The notes beneath the pieces are model-generated. The model ran no database searches. It was not told the origin of the DNA and saw only the letters and a list, made by a program, of their open reading frames with translations. Source: an uncultured delta proteobacterium (GTDB lineage: Bacteria; Desulfobacterota; Binatia; Binatales; Binataceae). Taken from it: 64,000 bases of DNA. The translations under genes and the position numbers were made by a program. Positions within the stretch are counted from its first letter, which is position 1, and the number at the start of each line of letters is the position of its first letter. The stretch lies in contig CAVQEQ010000002.1 of the NCBI GenBank assembly GCA_963711565.1, positions 160,001 to 224,000 of the forward strand, read 5' to 3'. Positions 9,550-20,184 of the stretch are shown here, piece by piece.

Positions 9550-9626
9550 TGGTGGAGCTGACGCGGATCGAACGCGCGACCTCCTGAATGCCATTCAGGC
9601 GCTCTCCCAAACTGAGCTACAGCCCC
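9550..9626 (-). tRNA. tRNA-Ala(GGC)
   Basis: GGGGCTGTAGCTCAGTTTGGGAGAGCGCCTGAATGGCATTCAGGAGGTCGCGCGTTCGATCCGCGTCAGCTCCACCA: cloverleaf, G3:U70, GGC anticodon, encoded CCA. Confidence 0.97.
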
Positions 9627-9697
9627 ACCGCAGGCGAGATTTTTCAGCTAACCGGATACTGCCCATGGAGTCAACCGACCAGCGGAACGCGGTGACC

Positions 9698-10243
9698 TCA
9701 CTTCAGCTTCTTCCGCCATTCGGTCCAATTGACCTCCCTCGACTCGATGACCTCCAGGTCGGCGAGCGCGATCTGATCGGTGAACAGGATCAGGTTGTTG
9801 CACGACCAGCGAGCGTTCGGGGCGATAATGCTGTCGAACCCGAGGAAATAAGCTGCATCGCCGATTGCCTGAGTCGGTTCGTAAAGGATCTCGCGGTATC
9901 GGACGGGATCGACACCGAGCGGAACCATCGCTTCCAAGTCCGGAAGCCTGAGAGTCTTTACCGTCTTGACCCTGATGCGATGCAATCCGTGTCTGATCCT
10001 CGAGGGAAAGACCGGTTGGCGTGACAGGTGAAAGTGAACCTCTGCTACGGCTCCGTCCGCGGCCAGGGAAGTGTACAGTACGTCGAACAAAGTGGGATCC
10101 CATCGTCCACCAGAAGAACTTCCCTGCAAAGGATCCCGGCCGTCGCGTACAACCCGCCACGTCTCCCCGGCGTATGGCACTCTAGCGAAGACATCGAGCG
10201 CGTCCAGCAGTGCGGGATCGCGCGGCTTCCGTGCCCCCGGCAT
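9698..10243 (-). CDS. RES domain toxin
   Basis: WRVVR, GRW, LYTS..AVAE, TQAIG..A, NLILF; directly downstream of the antitoxin. Confidence 0.85.
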   Translation of the reverse strand: MPGARKPRDPALLDALDVFARVPYAGETWRVVRDGRDPLQGSSSGGRWDPTLFDVLYTSLAADGAVAEVHFHLSRQPVFPSRIRHGLHRIRVKTVKTLRLPDLEAMVPLGVDPVRYREILYEPTQAIGDAAYFLGFDSIIAPNARWSCNNLILFTDQIALADLEVIESREVNWTEWRKKLK

Positions 10244-10263
10244 CGCGGTTCAAGCCCGAGCAA

Positions 10264-10602
10264 TCATAGGTAGGCGCCGGCGTCGAGTCGTTCGATAACG
10301 GCGAGAACCTCCTGTGTTCGTTCGGCGATGATGAGGTCGATCGCGCGCTCATTGTTAAGCAGCGGATGTTTCGCATGAAGCCATAGCCGAGTTTCGTCTG
10401 GCGTATAGAAGTCAGACAGCCGATCGACGACATAGCGCAGGTTGGCGATGATGGTCTGGGTCGCCAGCGGCGGCGAGGCCTTACCGCTCTTCCATCGCGA
10501 CACACTCGGTCGCGACGCATTGACTATGTTTGCAACGTCGGAGCCCTTGAGTCCCCCCCGCTGCTCAAGGTCGCTAAGGATTCGGGCTACCGCGCTCTTC
10601 AT
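10264..10602 (-). CDS. Xre/MbcA/ParS-type antitoxin
   Basis: HTH (DVANIVNASRPSVSRW) plus C-terminal WLHAKHPLLNNERAIDLI toxin-binding domain. Confidence 0.85.
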   Translation of the reverse strand: MKSAVARILSDLEQRGGLKGSDVANIVNASRPSVSRWKSGKASPPLATQTIIANLRYVVDRLSDFYTPDETRLWLHAKHPLLNNERAIDLIIAERTQEVLAVIERLDAGAYL

Positions 10603-10782
10603 GAGACAACTAGCCTTTTGCTTCGGCCGTTTGGCCGCCGATCGGCTCGGGCTTGGGCGCTAAATAGCTAATTTCGGCGCTCATATTCAGATATATTTAC
10701 ATGTTGCATTAATGTTTCGCAAGAGGTGCTACGTGAAACAGAATTGCATCCACCTTGGTGGGCGCGCTCGCATCACAAACAC

Positions 10783-11883
10783 TCAATCAAAGCCGTAAAG
10801 CGCGGCGACGTTGTCCGACGTCATGAGGCGGCGCTCGTCGTCGGGGACACCTTCAAAGTCGCGCGCTATTACCTCGAGCGAATTCGGCCAGGTCGAGTCC
10901 GAATGCGGGAAGTCCGACCCCCACATCAGGCTTTTTATACCGATGAAATGCCGCGTCACGACGCCGACGCGATCGTCCTGAAAAGTTGCCGCGACCTGCC
11001 GCCGAAAATAGTAGCTCGGCGGATTCGTAATCGTCTCCTTTTCGAGGTAGCGATACTTCTCAAACGAGTGGTCGAGGCGCTGGAGAAAATGCGGAATCCA
11101 TCCGATATCATTTTCGACCGATACCAATCTGAGGTTGGGGAAGCGTTCGAGCACGCCGGCAAAAATGATCTCAGTCAGCGATCGCTCGACTGAATGATGC
11201 AATGCCGGGTAGCCTTTCATCACGCTCAGAAAATCGCTGCCGCCACGCCGCTCGGTCAGGATGTGCAGGCTGATCGGCGTTCCGAGATCGTGCGCCGCCG
11301 CCCAAAATGGATCGTATGACGGGTCGCTGTAAGGGCGCTCTGCCGGCGCCGCACCCCATATCATCGCGCCGCGTAGACCCTTGTTCGCCGCGCGCCGCAG
11401 CTCCTCGACTCCTTGGCGCGGATCGTCGAGCGAGACCATCGCGACTCCCGCCAGGCGCCGCGGGCTGTGCGCGCAATAGTCGGCCAGCCAATCGTTGTAC
11501 GCGCGAAAGCAGGCAGCGCGCAGCTCGCCGTCTTCCATTTGAAAAAGGCGCATCCCGAGACTGGGATACAGCACCTCGCCTGAGACGCCGTCGCGCTCCT
11601 GGTCTTTGATTCGCAGTTCGGGATCCCACGCGCTCGGTCGGACGCCCGGGTAGCCGCCCGCCATCTTCTCGGCAAAGTCCTTCGGATCGACACCGGCGAC
11701 GGCGAACCCGGCGACCGGGAATGGGCGTAGTCCCTCGCCGACGAAGAAATCGCCTTCGCGGCTACCGGCGTGCTTGATGACGCGCGGCGCGCGGTCGAGA
11801 AAGCGCTTGTCGATTCGCGAGGTCCAAACGTCGGCCGGTTCGATCACGTGTGAATCCGCCGACAAGATTTTGTGCGCATCCAT
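10783..11883 (-). CDS. Amidohydrolase family 2 protein
   Basis: SADSH, AYNDWLADYC, SLHI, WGSDFPHSD. Confidence 0.9.
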   Translation of the reverse strand: MDAHKILSADSHVIEPADVWTSRIDKRFLDRAPRVIKHAGSREGDFFVGEGLRPFPVAGFAVAGVDPKDFAEKMAGGYPGVRPSAWDPELRIKDQERDGVSGEVLYPSLGMRLFQMEDGELRAACFRAYNDWLADYCAHSPRRLAGVAMVSLDDPRQGVEELRRAANKGLRGAMIWGAAPAERPYSDPSYDPFWAAAHDLGTPISLHILTERRGGSDFLSVMKGYPALHHSVERSLTEIIFAGVLERFPNLRLVSVENDIGWIPHFLQRLDHSFEKYRYLEKETITNPPSYYFRRQVAATFQDDRVGVVTRHFIGIKSLMWGSDFPHSDSTWPNSLEVIARDFEGVPDDERRLMTSDNVAALYGFD

Positions 11884-11961
11884 CTCCGAGGGCCCTCCTC
11901 TCACTAGAGCGCAAGCCTGATCGCCGTTTAGCGCCGTTGGCGAATCGGCGTCAAGCGCTCG

Positions 11962-13658
11962 CTATTCGCGGGCGCGATCGAGCAGTTCGCGCGCGGCGCG
12001 GCGGAATTTTTCGGACACTTCGCCGCCAAGCATCCGCGCGATCTCCTCGGTACGATCGCCGGGTTCCAAAACCGCAACGCGGCTCCGGGTCGAACCGCGC
12101 CGCTCCTCTTTTTCGACGGTGAGATGACGATCAGCGTACACCGCGATTTGCGCTAGGTGCGTAACGCACAGTATCTGGTGAAAGCGCGAGAGCTGTTTGA
12201 GCTTGCGACCAACCACCTGGGCGACTGCGCCGCCGATGCCGGCGTCCACTTCGTCGAAAATCATCGTCGCGACGCCGCGGCGCTGCGCCTCGAGGCGCTT
12301 GAGCGCGAGCATCACGCGCGAGAGCTCGCCGCCTGACGCGATTCTCAGCAACGGCATCGCAGGCTGGCCGACGTTCGGCGACAGGTGAAACTCGACGGTA
12401 TCGATTCCGAAGGGACCGAGCGTGGCCTCACTGTGCACGAAGCCGGCTTCGTCCGGGCCGAGCGCGCCGAGCCGCGGCTCGAAACCCGGCGAGCGCATTC
12501 CGAGCGACTTCAATTCGGCTTCCATCTTGCGGCCCAGATCGGCGGCAGCGCGCCGGCGAATCGAGGACAGTTTATTGGCATGCGCGGCGAGTTCGTCGAG
12601 CGCCGCCGTCATCGCGGCTTCGACCTGGGCCTTCGACTCGCCGATTCCCTCGAGCTCGCTAATCTCGGCCCGCGATCGCTCCAACGTCTCAATCGCAGTG
12701 TCGATTGAGCCGCCGTACTTGCGCTTGAGCCGCGTCAGCTCCTGGAGGCGGTTGTCGATTTCCTCGAGACGAGCGGGATCCGCCTCGATTTTCGATGCGT
12801 ACGCGCCGAGCGTGCGCGCCGCTTCCTCGAGGTTCGCGCGGGCGGACTTGATCATGTCGAGTGCGTCGCCGAGTTTCGGATCGAGCGCTGCCGCTTCGAC
12901 CAGGCGCGCCTCGGCTCGCGAAACCGTATCGGTCGCCGCGCCGTCATCGCCGTAGAGCGCCTGCTCGGTCTCGAGTGCGGCACTGGCGAGCTTGCTGGCG
13001 TTGGAAAGCACGGTTCGCTCGCGCGATAACGCTTCATCCTCGCCGGCGATGAGGCCGGCGCGCTCGAGTTCGGTCGCGCGGAACCTTGCGAGCTCGAGCA
13101 AATTCGCTCGTTCACGCTCGCGCTGATTCAGATCCTGTAGGCGGAATTGGATTTCTTCCGCGCTCGCGTACCGTTCTCGATAGGACGCGAGTTCGTCGTC
13201 AAGGTTTGCGTAACGATCGAGGATCTCGCGATGGCTCTCGGCGCGCAGCAGCGAATGCTGCTCGTGCTGTCCATAGACCTGGACCAGCGACGCGCCAATC
13301 TTGCCGAGGATTTGCACGGTCGCGAGTTCGCCGTCGATCGTCACGCGTGAGCGTCCACCGCCCTCCGCGATCACTCTGCGGACCAACAACTCGCGGCGGC
13401 CGCCCTCGCCTTTGCGCGCGGCCAGCTCAGGCATCGCGGCCTCTCCCTCGAGCTCGAACAGCCCCTCGACGACCGCGTCCTTCTCGCCCGCGCGAATCAT
13501 ATCGGGCGACGCGCGCGAGCCGAGCAGCAACCCGAGCGCGTTCAGGATAATCGTTTTGCCCGCGCCGGTCTCGCCTGAGAGCACGTTGAGGCCGCGCCGA
13601 ATTCGAGACGAGCTTCCTCGATGATCGCGAAGTTGCGTATGTTCAATTCAAGGAGCAT
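11962..13658 (-). CDS. recN: DNA repair protein RecN (1-bp frameshift near 13592)
   Basis: N-terminus MLLELNIRNFAIIEEARLEFG from ATG 13658 joins NVLSGETGAGKT in another frame; ASGGELSR, FDEVDAG, VTHLAQ. Confidence 0.93.
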
Positions 13659-13673
13659 CGGGAAAGCGCGCGG

Positions 13674-14540
13674 CTATCCCCAGTGGAGCTTGTCGCGCCA
13701 GATTTCGAAATACGGATGGGCGGAGCGGATCAGGGAGACGACATGGCGGGCGCGATGAATCCTGATGATGTCGGCCGGTCCCAGTTGCGCCGACTCCTGG
13801 CCGTCAACGGTGAAAGTCGTGTCATGATCCGGCGCCTTGACGTGAATCTCAATATGATAGGTGTCCGGCAGCACCACGGGACGGTTGCTCAGAGTATGCG
13901 GGCAAATCGGCGCGAGCACGATTGCGTTGAGCGTGGGATAAACGATTGGCCCGCCGGCTGCGAGCGCGTATGCGGTCGAGCCGGTGGGAGTCGCGACGAT
14001 CAATCCGTCGGCGCGGTAGGAACAGAAGGGCGTGTGGTTGGCGAACACGTCGAGCTCGAGCATCCTGCCCAGTGGCCCTTTGCCGACCACCACGTCGTTG
14101 AATGCCTGAAACGTCTGCGCGATTTCTTCGGACGAGCGTTCGATGATTGCTTGGAGCATGATGCGCCGATCGACCTCGTAGTCGCCGTCGAGCACGCGTT
14201 CCAGCGCGGCTCGCGCCTCCTTGATGGTCACTTCGGTCAGGAAGCCGAGGCCGCCAAGATTTACCCCGATGATTGGAATTCCCTTCGAGGCGACCAGCCG
14301 CGCGACGCCGAGCAGCGTGCCGTCGCCGCCGAGCACCACGATCAGGTCAGCGCGGTCAGCGAGGTGATGTCGTTCGACCTCTTCGGCGCCGATCTTTTTC
14401 GCGGTTTCCGAGTCCGCGAGCGGAATCTTATGCTTGCTCCGCAGGAAGCGGGTCAGGATTCGCGCAATTTTGATAGCCTCAGGCCGCTCGCGCTTGACGA
14501 CCAGCCCGACTGTCTTTATGGACCGCTTCGCCGACGCCAT
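13674..14540 (-). CDS. nadK: NAD kinase
   Basis: GGDGT, GFL, ND, TPTGSTAY motifs; conserved nadK-recN synteny. Confidence 0.95.
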   Translation of the reverse strand: MASAKRSIKTVGLVVKRERPEAIKIARILTRFLRSKHKIPLADSETAKKIGAEEVERHHLADRADLIVVLGGDGTLLGVARLVASKGIPIIGVNLGGLGFLTEVTIKEARAALERVLDGDYEVDRRIMLQAIIERSSEEIAQTFQAFNDVVVGKGPLGRMLELDVFANHTPFCSYRADGLIVATPTGSTAYALAAGGPIVYPTLNAIVLAPICPHTLSNRPVVLPDTYHIEIHVKAPDHDTTFTVDGQESAQLGPADIIRIHRARHVVSLIRSAHPYFEIWRDKLHWG

Positions 14541-14603
14541 CAGATGCTCATCATGCGCCGAAATCCGGGGTGACGCGAAAGCAATGAAGGCGCATGCTCA
14601 GTC

Positions 14604-15011
14604 TCACTGAGGGATCCTGGGAATCGTGTACTTGGTGACACCCGCGGGCGGATTTTCCTTACCGTATATGATGGCGACCGAATCGATGTAGTAGCCGGTG
14701 GCGTCTTCGGTAGTCTGCGCCCGGCTGGTGAGTACGATGATCGCATCCGCGCCGGTTTCGCAGGCCTTGCGCTGCACGGCGGGCAGCACGTCGGCCTCAC
14801 TCGCATAACGGTTTCCCATTGCCTCGACGATCGCGACCTTGCGAAAGTCTCTCAGCGGCTCGTGCCGCAACACCGGCATGTTGCAATCAGGCGGCTTGGC
14901 GGCGCGGCCGGAAGGCTCCACTTCGGAAAGCGTGACCTGCGGCGGCAGCGCAACGTGAGCGCATCCGGCAGCGGCAATCGTCGCCACTAATATGATGATC
15001 GCGATTCGCAC
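14604..15011 (-). CDS. Hypothetical lipoprotein
   Basis: Lipobox AAAGC; KACETGADAII resembles the YbjQ/DUF4156-like GADA motif. Confidence 0.65.
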   Translation of the reverse strand: MRIAIIILVATIAAAGCAHVALPPQVTLSEVEPSGRAAKPPDCNMPVLRHEPLRDFRKVAIVEAMGNRYASEADVLPAVQRKACETGADAIIVLTSRAQTTEDATGYYIDSVAIIYGKENPPAGVTKYTIPRIPQ

Positions 15012-15185
15012 GAATAATGAAGTATCCGCCGAAGGGCATCGCGGGCAAGAGCGGCTGCGCGAATGGTACTGGCCGAAATTAAGACATCAATGAACGTGCG
15101 CTTTGAGAACGTCGAAAATGAGCGACCAAGCTTTGTCGATTACGCAGCCTCGCACCGAGCATATACGCCGTACGTCTCTAGGATG

Positions 15186-15287
15186 GCCTCTATCGAGACA
15201 CTCGCTGCCGCCGAGCGAAGGGGCTTCGGCTCCGCGCCAGATACAGAGGGTGGAAGGCCCGACGCTGTTCCGGCCTTTTGCTTTCTG
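15186..15287 (+). ncRNA. Candidate structured RNA (three-way junction plus intrinsic terminator)
   Basis: CCTCTATC/GATACAGAGG closing stem, TCGCT/AGCGA hairpin, GGGGC-TTCG-GCTCC hairpin, then GAAGGCC..GGCCTTTTGCTTTCT. Confidence 0.4.
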
Positions 15288-15362
15288 GTAGATCACGTTC
15301 AATGAAGCCCTAAGACGCAGCCGCCCTCGCGCTCGTGGGCTGGAATAGCAACGAGGGTTCGT

Positions 15363-15809
15363 ATGTCTACCGACGCTCCCCGCGCTTACGAGTCAGCGCT
15401 CAATCGCGATGAGTGGCGGGCATTGCGGCGTATCCGCAACCTGCAACTTGTGGCCCTGTGCGCTAGCGTCTGCGCGTTTGCTGGTATTCTAGTCTGCATT
15501 GGCGCTCAGCTTCTCGACTTCAAGACGATGGCGCTGACCGGAAGAGCGTACTTATTTTCGAGTTCGGACCTCATCTCGTGGATTGGACTCGCAGTCTTCA
15601 TTCTTGGCAATGCCGGATTCGTAATCGCGGTCGGCGCGCTCGACCGCTCGTTGTGCCCGCGATGCCATCGCAAATTCTTCGGCCGACCGGAGGGCCCGAA
15701 ATCTGCGCAAACGGCACGCCGTCAGATGAAAAGACTCACCGGCTATTGGTCACAGCGCTGCGCCAACTGTGATCTAAGCTTGGGGCTTGTGATGCTCCCT
15801 GCACCTTAA
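15363..15809 (+). CDS. Hypothetical membrane protein with C-terminal CxxC...CxxC
   Basis: Two hydrophobic segments, then CPRC and CANC. Confidence 0.6.
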   Translation: MSTDAPRAYESALNRDEWRALRRIRNLQLVALCASVCAFAGILVCIGAQLLDFKTMALTGRAYLFSSSDLISWIGLAVFILGNAGFVIAVGALDRSLCPRCHRKFFGRPEGPKSAQTARRQMKRLTGYWSQRCANCDLSLGLVMLPAP

Positions 15810-15966
15810 GGGAAACTAAGACACTGCCAATTTCAAATTCAGCCACTCAGCCCCGGAGCTAAGACCACACCGCGCGAATTTCGCCGCTCGCTTTGGGCGT
15901 TCTTTCATATAAGATCGCGATGCGCTGGCGTGCACAAAACTCGGCGCGTAAAGGCGGCATCTCACG

Positions 15967-16842
15967 ATGGCAAATACCGGCAAACCCAGTCGTCCAATGC
16001 TCGGTGCGCATATGTCGATCGCCGGAGAAGTCGGCGAGGCGCTGATTCGGGGCAAGCAGGTCGGCTGCGAGTGTATCCAGATTTTCACCAAGTCGTCGCG
16101 ACAGTGGGCCTCCAAGCCGTATACGAAAGAGGAAATCGAACACTTCAAACGAAATCAAATTGAAACCGGCATCGGCAACGTAATCGCGCACGATTCGTAC
16201 CTCGTGAATCTCGGCGCGCCCGATGACGCGATGCGGCTCAAGTCGGTAAAGGGATTTATCGACGAGCTGCATCGATGCGAGGCCCTGGGCGTGCCGATTC
16301 TCGTCACGCATCCGGGCGCTCATGTCGGCTCGGGCATCGAGAATGGCATCAAGATGATCGCGAAATCGATCGACGAGGCGCACGCCGCATCCAAAGGCTT
16401 CAAGGTCAAGATCGCGCTGGAAATAACGGCGGGTCAGGGGAGCAATCTCGGCCATACGTTCGAGCAGATGTCGCAGATTTTTGACGCCGTGGTCGAGAAT
16501 GAACGTCTGCGGCTATGCTTCGACACTGAGCACGCGTTCGCCGCCGGCTACGACATTCGCACTCCTGAAGGATATGAAAATACATTCGGCGAGCTCGATA
16601 AATTCGTAGGCCTCAAGAAACTTGCCGCCTTCCACCTGAACGATTCGATCAAGGATTTCAACTCGCACGTCGATCGCCATCAGCATATCGGTAAAGGATT
16701 CATCGGACTCGATGCGTTTCGCCGGCTGCTGAACGACGAACGATTCTTCGGACTGCCGATGTGTCTCGAGACGCCCAAGGGACCTGAAATGAACGAAGAT
16801 ATCGAGAACCTCGCAACATTACGTAGTCTATTCAAAAACTGA
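15967..16842 (+). CDS. nfo: Endonuclease IV
   Basis: [50 protein letters not shown]. Confidence 0.95.
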   Translation: MANTGKPSRPMLGAHMSIAGEVGEALIRGKQVGCECIQIFTKSSRQWASKPYTKEEIEHFKRNQIETGIGNVIAHDSYLVNLGAPDDAMRLKSVKGFIDELHRCEALGVPILVTHPGAHVGSGIENGIKMIAKSIDEAHAASKGFKVKIALEITAGQGSNLGHTFEQMSQIFDAVVENERLRLCFDTEHAFAAGYDIRTPEGYENTFGELDKFVGLKKLAAFHLNDSIKDFNSHVDRHQHIGKGFIGLDAFRRLLNDERFFGLPMCLETPKGPEMNEDIENLATLRSLFKN

Positions 16843-16852
16843 CTATTTACTG

Positions 16853-17851
16853 ATGATAAAAAGAATACTCACTGGAGACCGGCCGACTTCAGCGTTGCAT
16901 CTGGGTCACTATGTAGGATCGCTGCAGAATCGAGTACGCCTTCAGGAAGAATACGATACCTACTTACTAATCGCCGATATTCAGGCGCTGACCGACAACT
17001 TCGAGCATCCCGAGAAACTCGAAGCGAACATCTTCGAGGTCGCGCTCGACTGGCTGGCGGTCGGCATCGATCCGAACAAGGCGAAATTCGTCGTGCAATC
17101 GATGGTGCCGGAACTGACCGAGCTGACGATTTATTTCATGAACCTGGTCACGACGGCCACGCTCGAACGCAATCCGACCCTCAAGGAAGAAATAAAGCAG
17201 AAGAATTTCAGCAAGGGCCTGCCGGTAGGTTTCTACACGTATCCGATTTCACAGGCTTCGGACATCACGATCTTCAAGGCGCATCTCGTGCCGGTCGGCG
17301 AAGACCAGCTACCGATGATCGAGCAGGCGCGCGAGATCGTGCGGCGCTTCAATCGCATGTACGACAAGGTTCTCATCGAACCAAAGGCGCTCGTCGGCGA
17401 AGTGGCGCGGCTGCCGGGAACGGATGGCGGCGCGAAGATGGGCAAGTCGCTCGGCAATTGCATCTACCTGGGCGACCCGCCCGACGCCGTGCGCAAGCGC
17501 GTCATGTCGATGTACACCGATCCGACGCGGCTGCATCCGACGGATCCCGGCCACGTCGAGGGCAATCCTGTTTTCACGTACCTCGACGTGTTCGATCCGA
17601 ATAAGGCGGAAGTCGACGACCTGAAGGAACGCTATCGCAAGGGCACGGTCGGCAACGTCGAGGTCAAGGAGAAGCTGTTCAAGGAGTTGAACGCTTTCCT
17701 AGAACCGATTCGCGAGCGGCGCGAACAGTTCGCATCGAAGCCGGCGCACGTCCGCGAAATAATCGTCGAGGGCACGCGCAAAGGACGCGCCGTCGCGCAG
17801 GAGACGATGGCGGAAGTGCGTAGCGCAATGAAGATCAGCTACAAGTTCTGA
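16853..17851 (+). CDS. trpS: Tryptophan--tRNA ligase
   Basis: TGDRPT..LHLGH, VPVGEDQ, KMGKS. Confidence 0.95.
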   Translation: MIKRILTGDRPTSALHLGHYVGSLQNRVRLQEEYDTYLLIADIQALTDNFEHPEKLEANIFEVALDWLAVGIDPNKAKFVVQSMVPELTELTIYFMNLVTTATLERNPTLKEEIKQKNFSKGLPVGFYTYPISQASDITIFKAHLVPVGEDQLPMIEQAREIVRRFNRMYDKVLIEPKALVGEVARLPGTDGGAKMGKSLGNCIYLGDPPDAVRKRVMSMYTDPTRLHPTDPGHVEGNPVFTYLDVFDPNKAEVDDLKERYRKGTVGNVEVKEKLFKELNAFLEPIRERREQFASKPAHVREIIVEGTRKGRAVAQETMAEVRSAMKISYKF

Positions 17852-17869
17852 TTTCTCGGATGCACCTTC

Positions 17870-19342
17870 TCAGTACGACTTCGCGAAGTATGCGCGCTCG
17901 GTTGCTGATTCGCCGCACACGAGGCACTTACCGGTAACGCCGTCATTCGTGAGTGGGATCACTCGGCACGTCGCCTTGGTCTCTTCGCGAATCCGCGTCT
18001 CGCACACGGGATTTCCGCACCAATAGATGTCGGCGAATCCGCCGCCACCCTCGCCCTCCATGTGTTTGCGAAATACCGCGTAGTCGTCGAACTTTCGCGT
18101 GTTCGCGACCATCGCGGCCTTCGCCTGCGCGAAGAGATTTTTCTGAATCTCGCCGAGCAGCGCCGTGACTGTTTCCGCGATGGTTGCGAGCGACGCCTTG
18201 CTCTTCGACTCCGGACCCGACTTGTCGCGCCGCGCGAGCACCGCTTCGCCCGATGCAACGTCGCGCGGTCCGATCTCGATTCTCACTGGTACGCCGCGCA
18301 TCTCCCAATCATTGAACTTGAACCCCGGCGTCATCCCTTCGCGCTCGTCGATTCGAGCGCGGATGTTCGCCTGCGTGAGCGCTTCCAGCGCAGTGCGCCC
18401 CGCTGCGAGCACAGCCGCGCCCTCCTCGGGTTTGCGGAAGATCGGCACGATGACCGCTTGCGTCGATGCGACCGTCGGCGGCAGCCGCAGTCCCTGGTCG
18501 TCGCCATGCGCCATCACGATCGCGCCCAGCAGCCGCGTCGAGACTCCCCAACTCGTCTGCCACACGAACTGCATCTGATTCTGATCGTCGAGATAGCGGA
18601 TCTCGAACGGCTTCGCGAAATTCTGTCCGAGAAAATGCGAGGTGCCGCATTGCAACGCCCGTCCGTCGCCCATCAAGCCCTCGATCGAATACGTCTCGAC
18701 CGCGCCGGGGAATCGCTCGGCCGCGCTCTTGCGTCCAACGATCAGCGGAATCGCGAGGAAGTCTTCGACGAATTGGCGATACACCTCGAGCATCCCGAGC
18801 GTCTCGCTTTGGGCTTCTTCCGCGGTCGCGTGCGCCGTGTGCCCCTCCTGCCAGAGGAACTCCGCAGTGCGCAGGAACAATCGCGTGCGCATTTCCCATC
18901 GCACGACGTTGCACCATTGATTGACCATCATCGGCAGGTCGCGATGCGATCTGATCCACTGCGCGAACATGTGGTTGATGATGGTTTCGGACGTGGGGCG
19001 CACGATTAGCGGCTCTTCGAGCTCCTTGCCGCCGCCATGCGTGACGACCGCCAGCTCGGGCGCAAAGCCCTCGACGTGTTGCGCCTCCTTTTGCAGGAAG
19101 CTCTGCGGTATGAATAGCGGGAAGTACGCGTTGCGCGCGCCAGTCTTCTTGATGCGGCGGTCGAGCTCGTCGCGGAGCGCCTCCCAAATCGCAAAACCAT
19201 CGGGCCGAAACACGATGCATCCTCGCACCGGCGAGTAGTCCGCCAGCTCCGCGCGCAGGCAGATGTCGTTGTACCACGCGGCAAAATCCTCGCTGCGCGG
19301 CGTCACCTTCTTGTCATTTTGCTTGTTTTGTTTTTCAACCAT
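17870..19342 (-). CDS. proS: Proline--tRNA ligase (archaeal/eukaryotic type)
   Basis: RPTSET, FLRTAEFLWQEGHT, GTSHFLGQNF, C-terminal Zn domain ending AKSY; no insertion editing domain. Confidence 0.95.
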   Translation of the reverse strand: MVEKQNKQNDKKVTPRSEDFAAWYNDICLRAELADYSPVRGCIVFRPDGFAIWEALRDELDRRIKKTGARNAYFPLFIPQSFLQKEAQHVEGFAPELAVVTHGGGKELEEPLIVRPTSETIINHMFAQWIRSHRDLPMMVNQWCNVVRWEMRTRLFLRTAEFLWQEGHTAHATAEEAQSETLGMLEVYRQFVEDFLAIPLIVGRKSAAERFPGAVETYSIEGLMGDGRALQCGTSHFLGQNFAKPFEIRYLDDQNQMQFVWQTSWGVSTRLLGAIVMAHGDDQGLRLPPTVASTQAVIVPIFRKPEEGAAVLAAGRTALEALTQANIRARIDEREGMTPGFKFNDWEMRGVPVRIEIGPRDVASGEAVLARRDKSGPESKSKASLATIAETVTALLGEIQKNLFAQAKAAMVANTRKFDDYAVFRKHMEGEGGGGFADIYWCGNPVCETRIREETKATCRVIPLTNDGVTGKCLVCGESATERAYFAKSY

Positions 19343-19441
19343 CCGTCTTGCGTGACGACTTTGATTATCGTCAATTGGTACAGTCTCCGGATAAAATCGC
19401 CTCGAATCAACTTAGTCCGGAGCGAGCCCGAGGTGAAAGTC

Positions 19442-20167
19442 ATGAAGCTGACATTCCGAGCAGCCGCCATTGGCCTTGCGCTAATCACTATCGTGTCGAT
19501 GTTCGCGTCGGCGGCATCGGCGCAAAGCGGTGAGAATATTTTCGCCAAGCGGACTATCGAAGTTGACGGCAGCGGCGAGACGCGCACGTCTCCCGATACC
19601 GCGGATTTAGATCTCGCGATCGATACTCAAGCAAGGACCGCAGAGGAAGCGGCCAGCAGCAACGCCGCGCTGGCAACGAAGGTGATCGACGCGCTCAAGG
19701 CCAAACTCGGGGACCGGGGCAAGGTTACCACCGGCGGCTATTCGCTGGATCCCCAGTACGACAATCGTCCGAGCGAGAGGCCGAGGATCATCGGCTACAA
19801 CGCTCAGAACACGGTCACGGTGCATACCGGCGCGTTGGACCTCGTCGGCGCGCTAATCGATTCCGCGATAGCGGCCGGCGCAAATCGCGTCAACTCGCTA
19901 AGCTTCAGCGTCAAGGACGACACCAAGGCGCGTACCGAAGCGATCGCAATCGCGACCCGCGACGCGCGCGCACAGGCCGAAGCGCTCGCGTCGGCGCTCG
20001 ACGTGAAGCTGGGCAAGGTCCTCAAGGCGACTACGATATCGGAAGCGCGGCCCATTCCAATTAGGATGGGGCGCGCGATGGCGATGTCGGCGAGCGTCGC
20101 GACGCCGGTCGAGCCCGGCGAGCTCACGGTGCCGGCGACGGTTTCTCTTACGTTCGAGATTGAGTAG
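19442..20167 (+). CDS. SIMPL (DUF541) domain periplasmic protein
   Basis: Signal peptide; IEVDGSGE..PD; AGANRV; PGELTV. Confidence 0.88.
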   Translation: MKLTFRAAAIGLALITIVSMFASAASAQSGENIFAKRTIEVDGSGETRTSPDTADLDLAIDTQARTAEEAASSNAALATKVIDALKAKLGDRGKVTTGGYSLDPQYDNRPSERPRIIGYNAQNTVTVHTGALDLVGALIDSAIAAGANRVNSLSFSVKDDTKARTEAIAIATRDARAQAEALASALDVKLGKVLKATTISEARPIPIRMGRAMAMSASVATPVEPGELTVPATVSLTFEIE

Positions 20168-20184
20168 GTTTTCGTTTACCGAAG

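Noticed and set aside
9516-9626. Integrative element at tRNA-Ala
   Set aside because: No integrase and no duplicated tRNA 3' end seen in the window.
11962-13658. recN as a true pseudogene or programmed frameshift
   Set aside because: Otherwise intact, no slippery sequence, and the same context as other probable errors.
15063-15305. 80-aa ORF in the intergenic gap
   Set aside because: No RBS or recognisable motif, and it runs through a terminator-like hairpin; an RNA interpretation is preferred.
16853-17851. KMGKS instead of KMSKS in TrpRS
   Set aside because: A known tolerated variant in class I synthetases.
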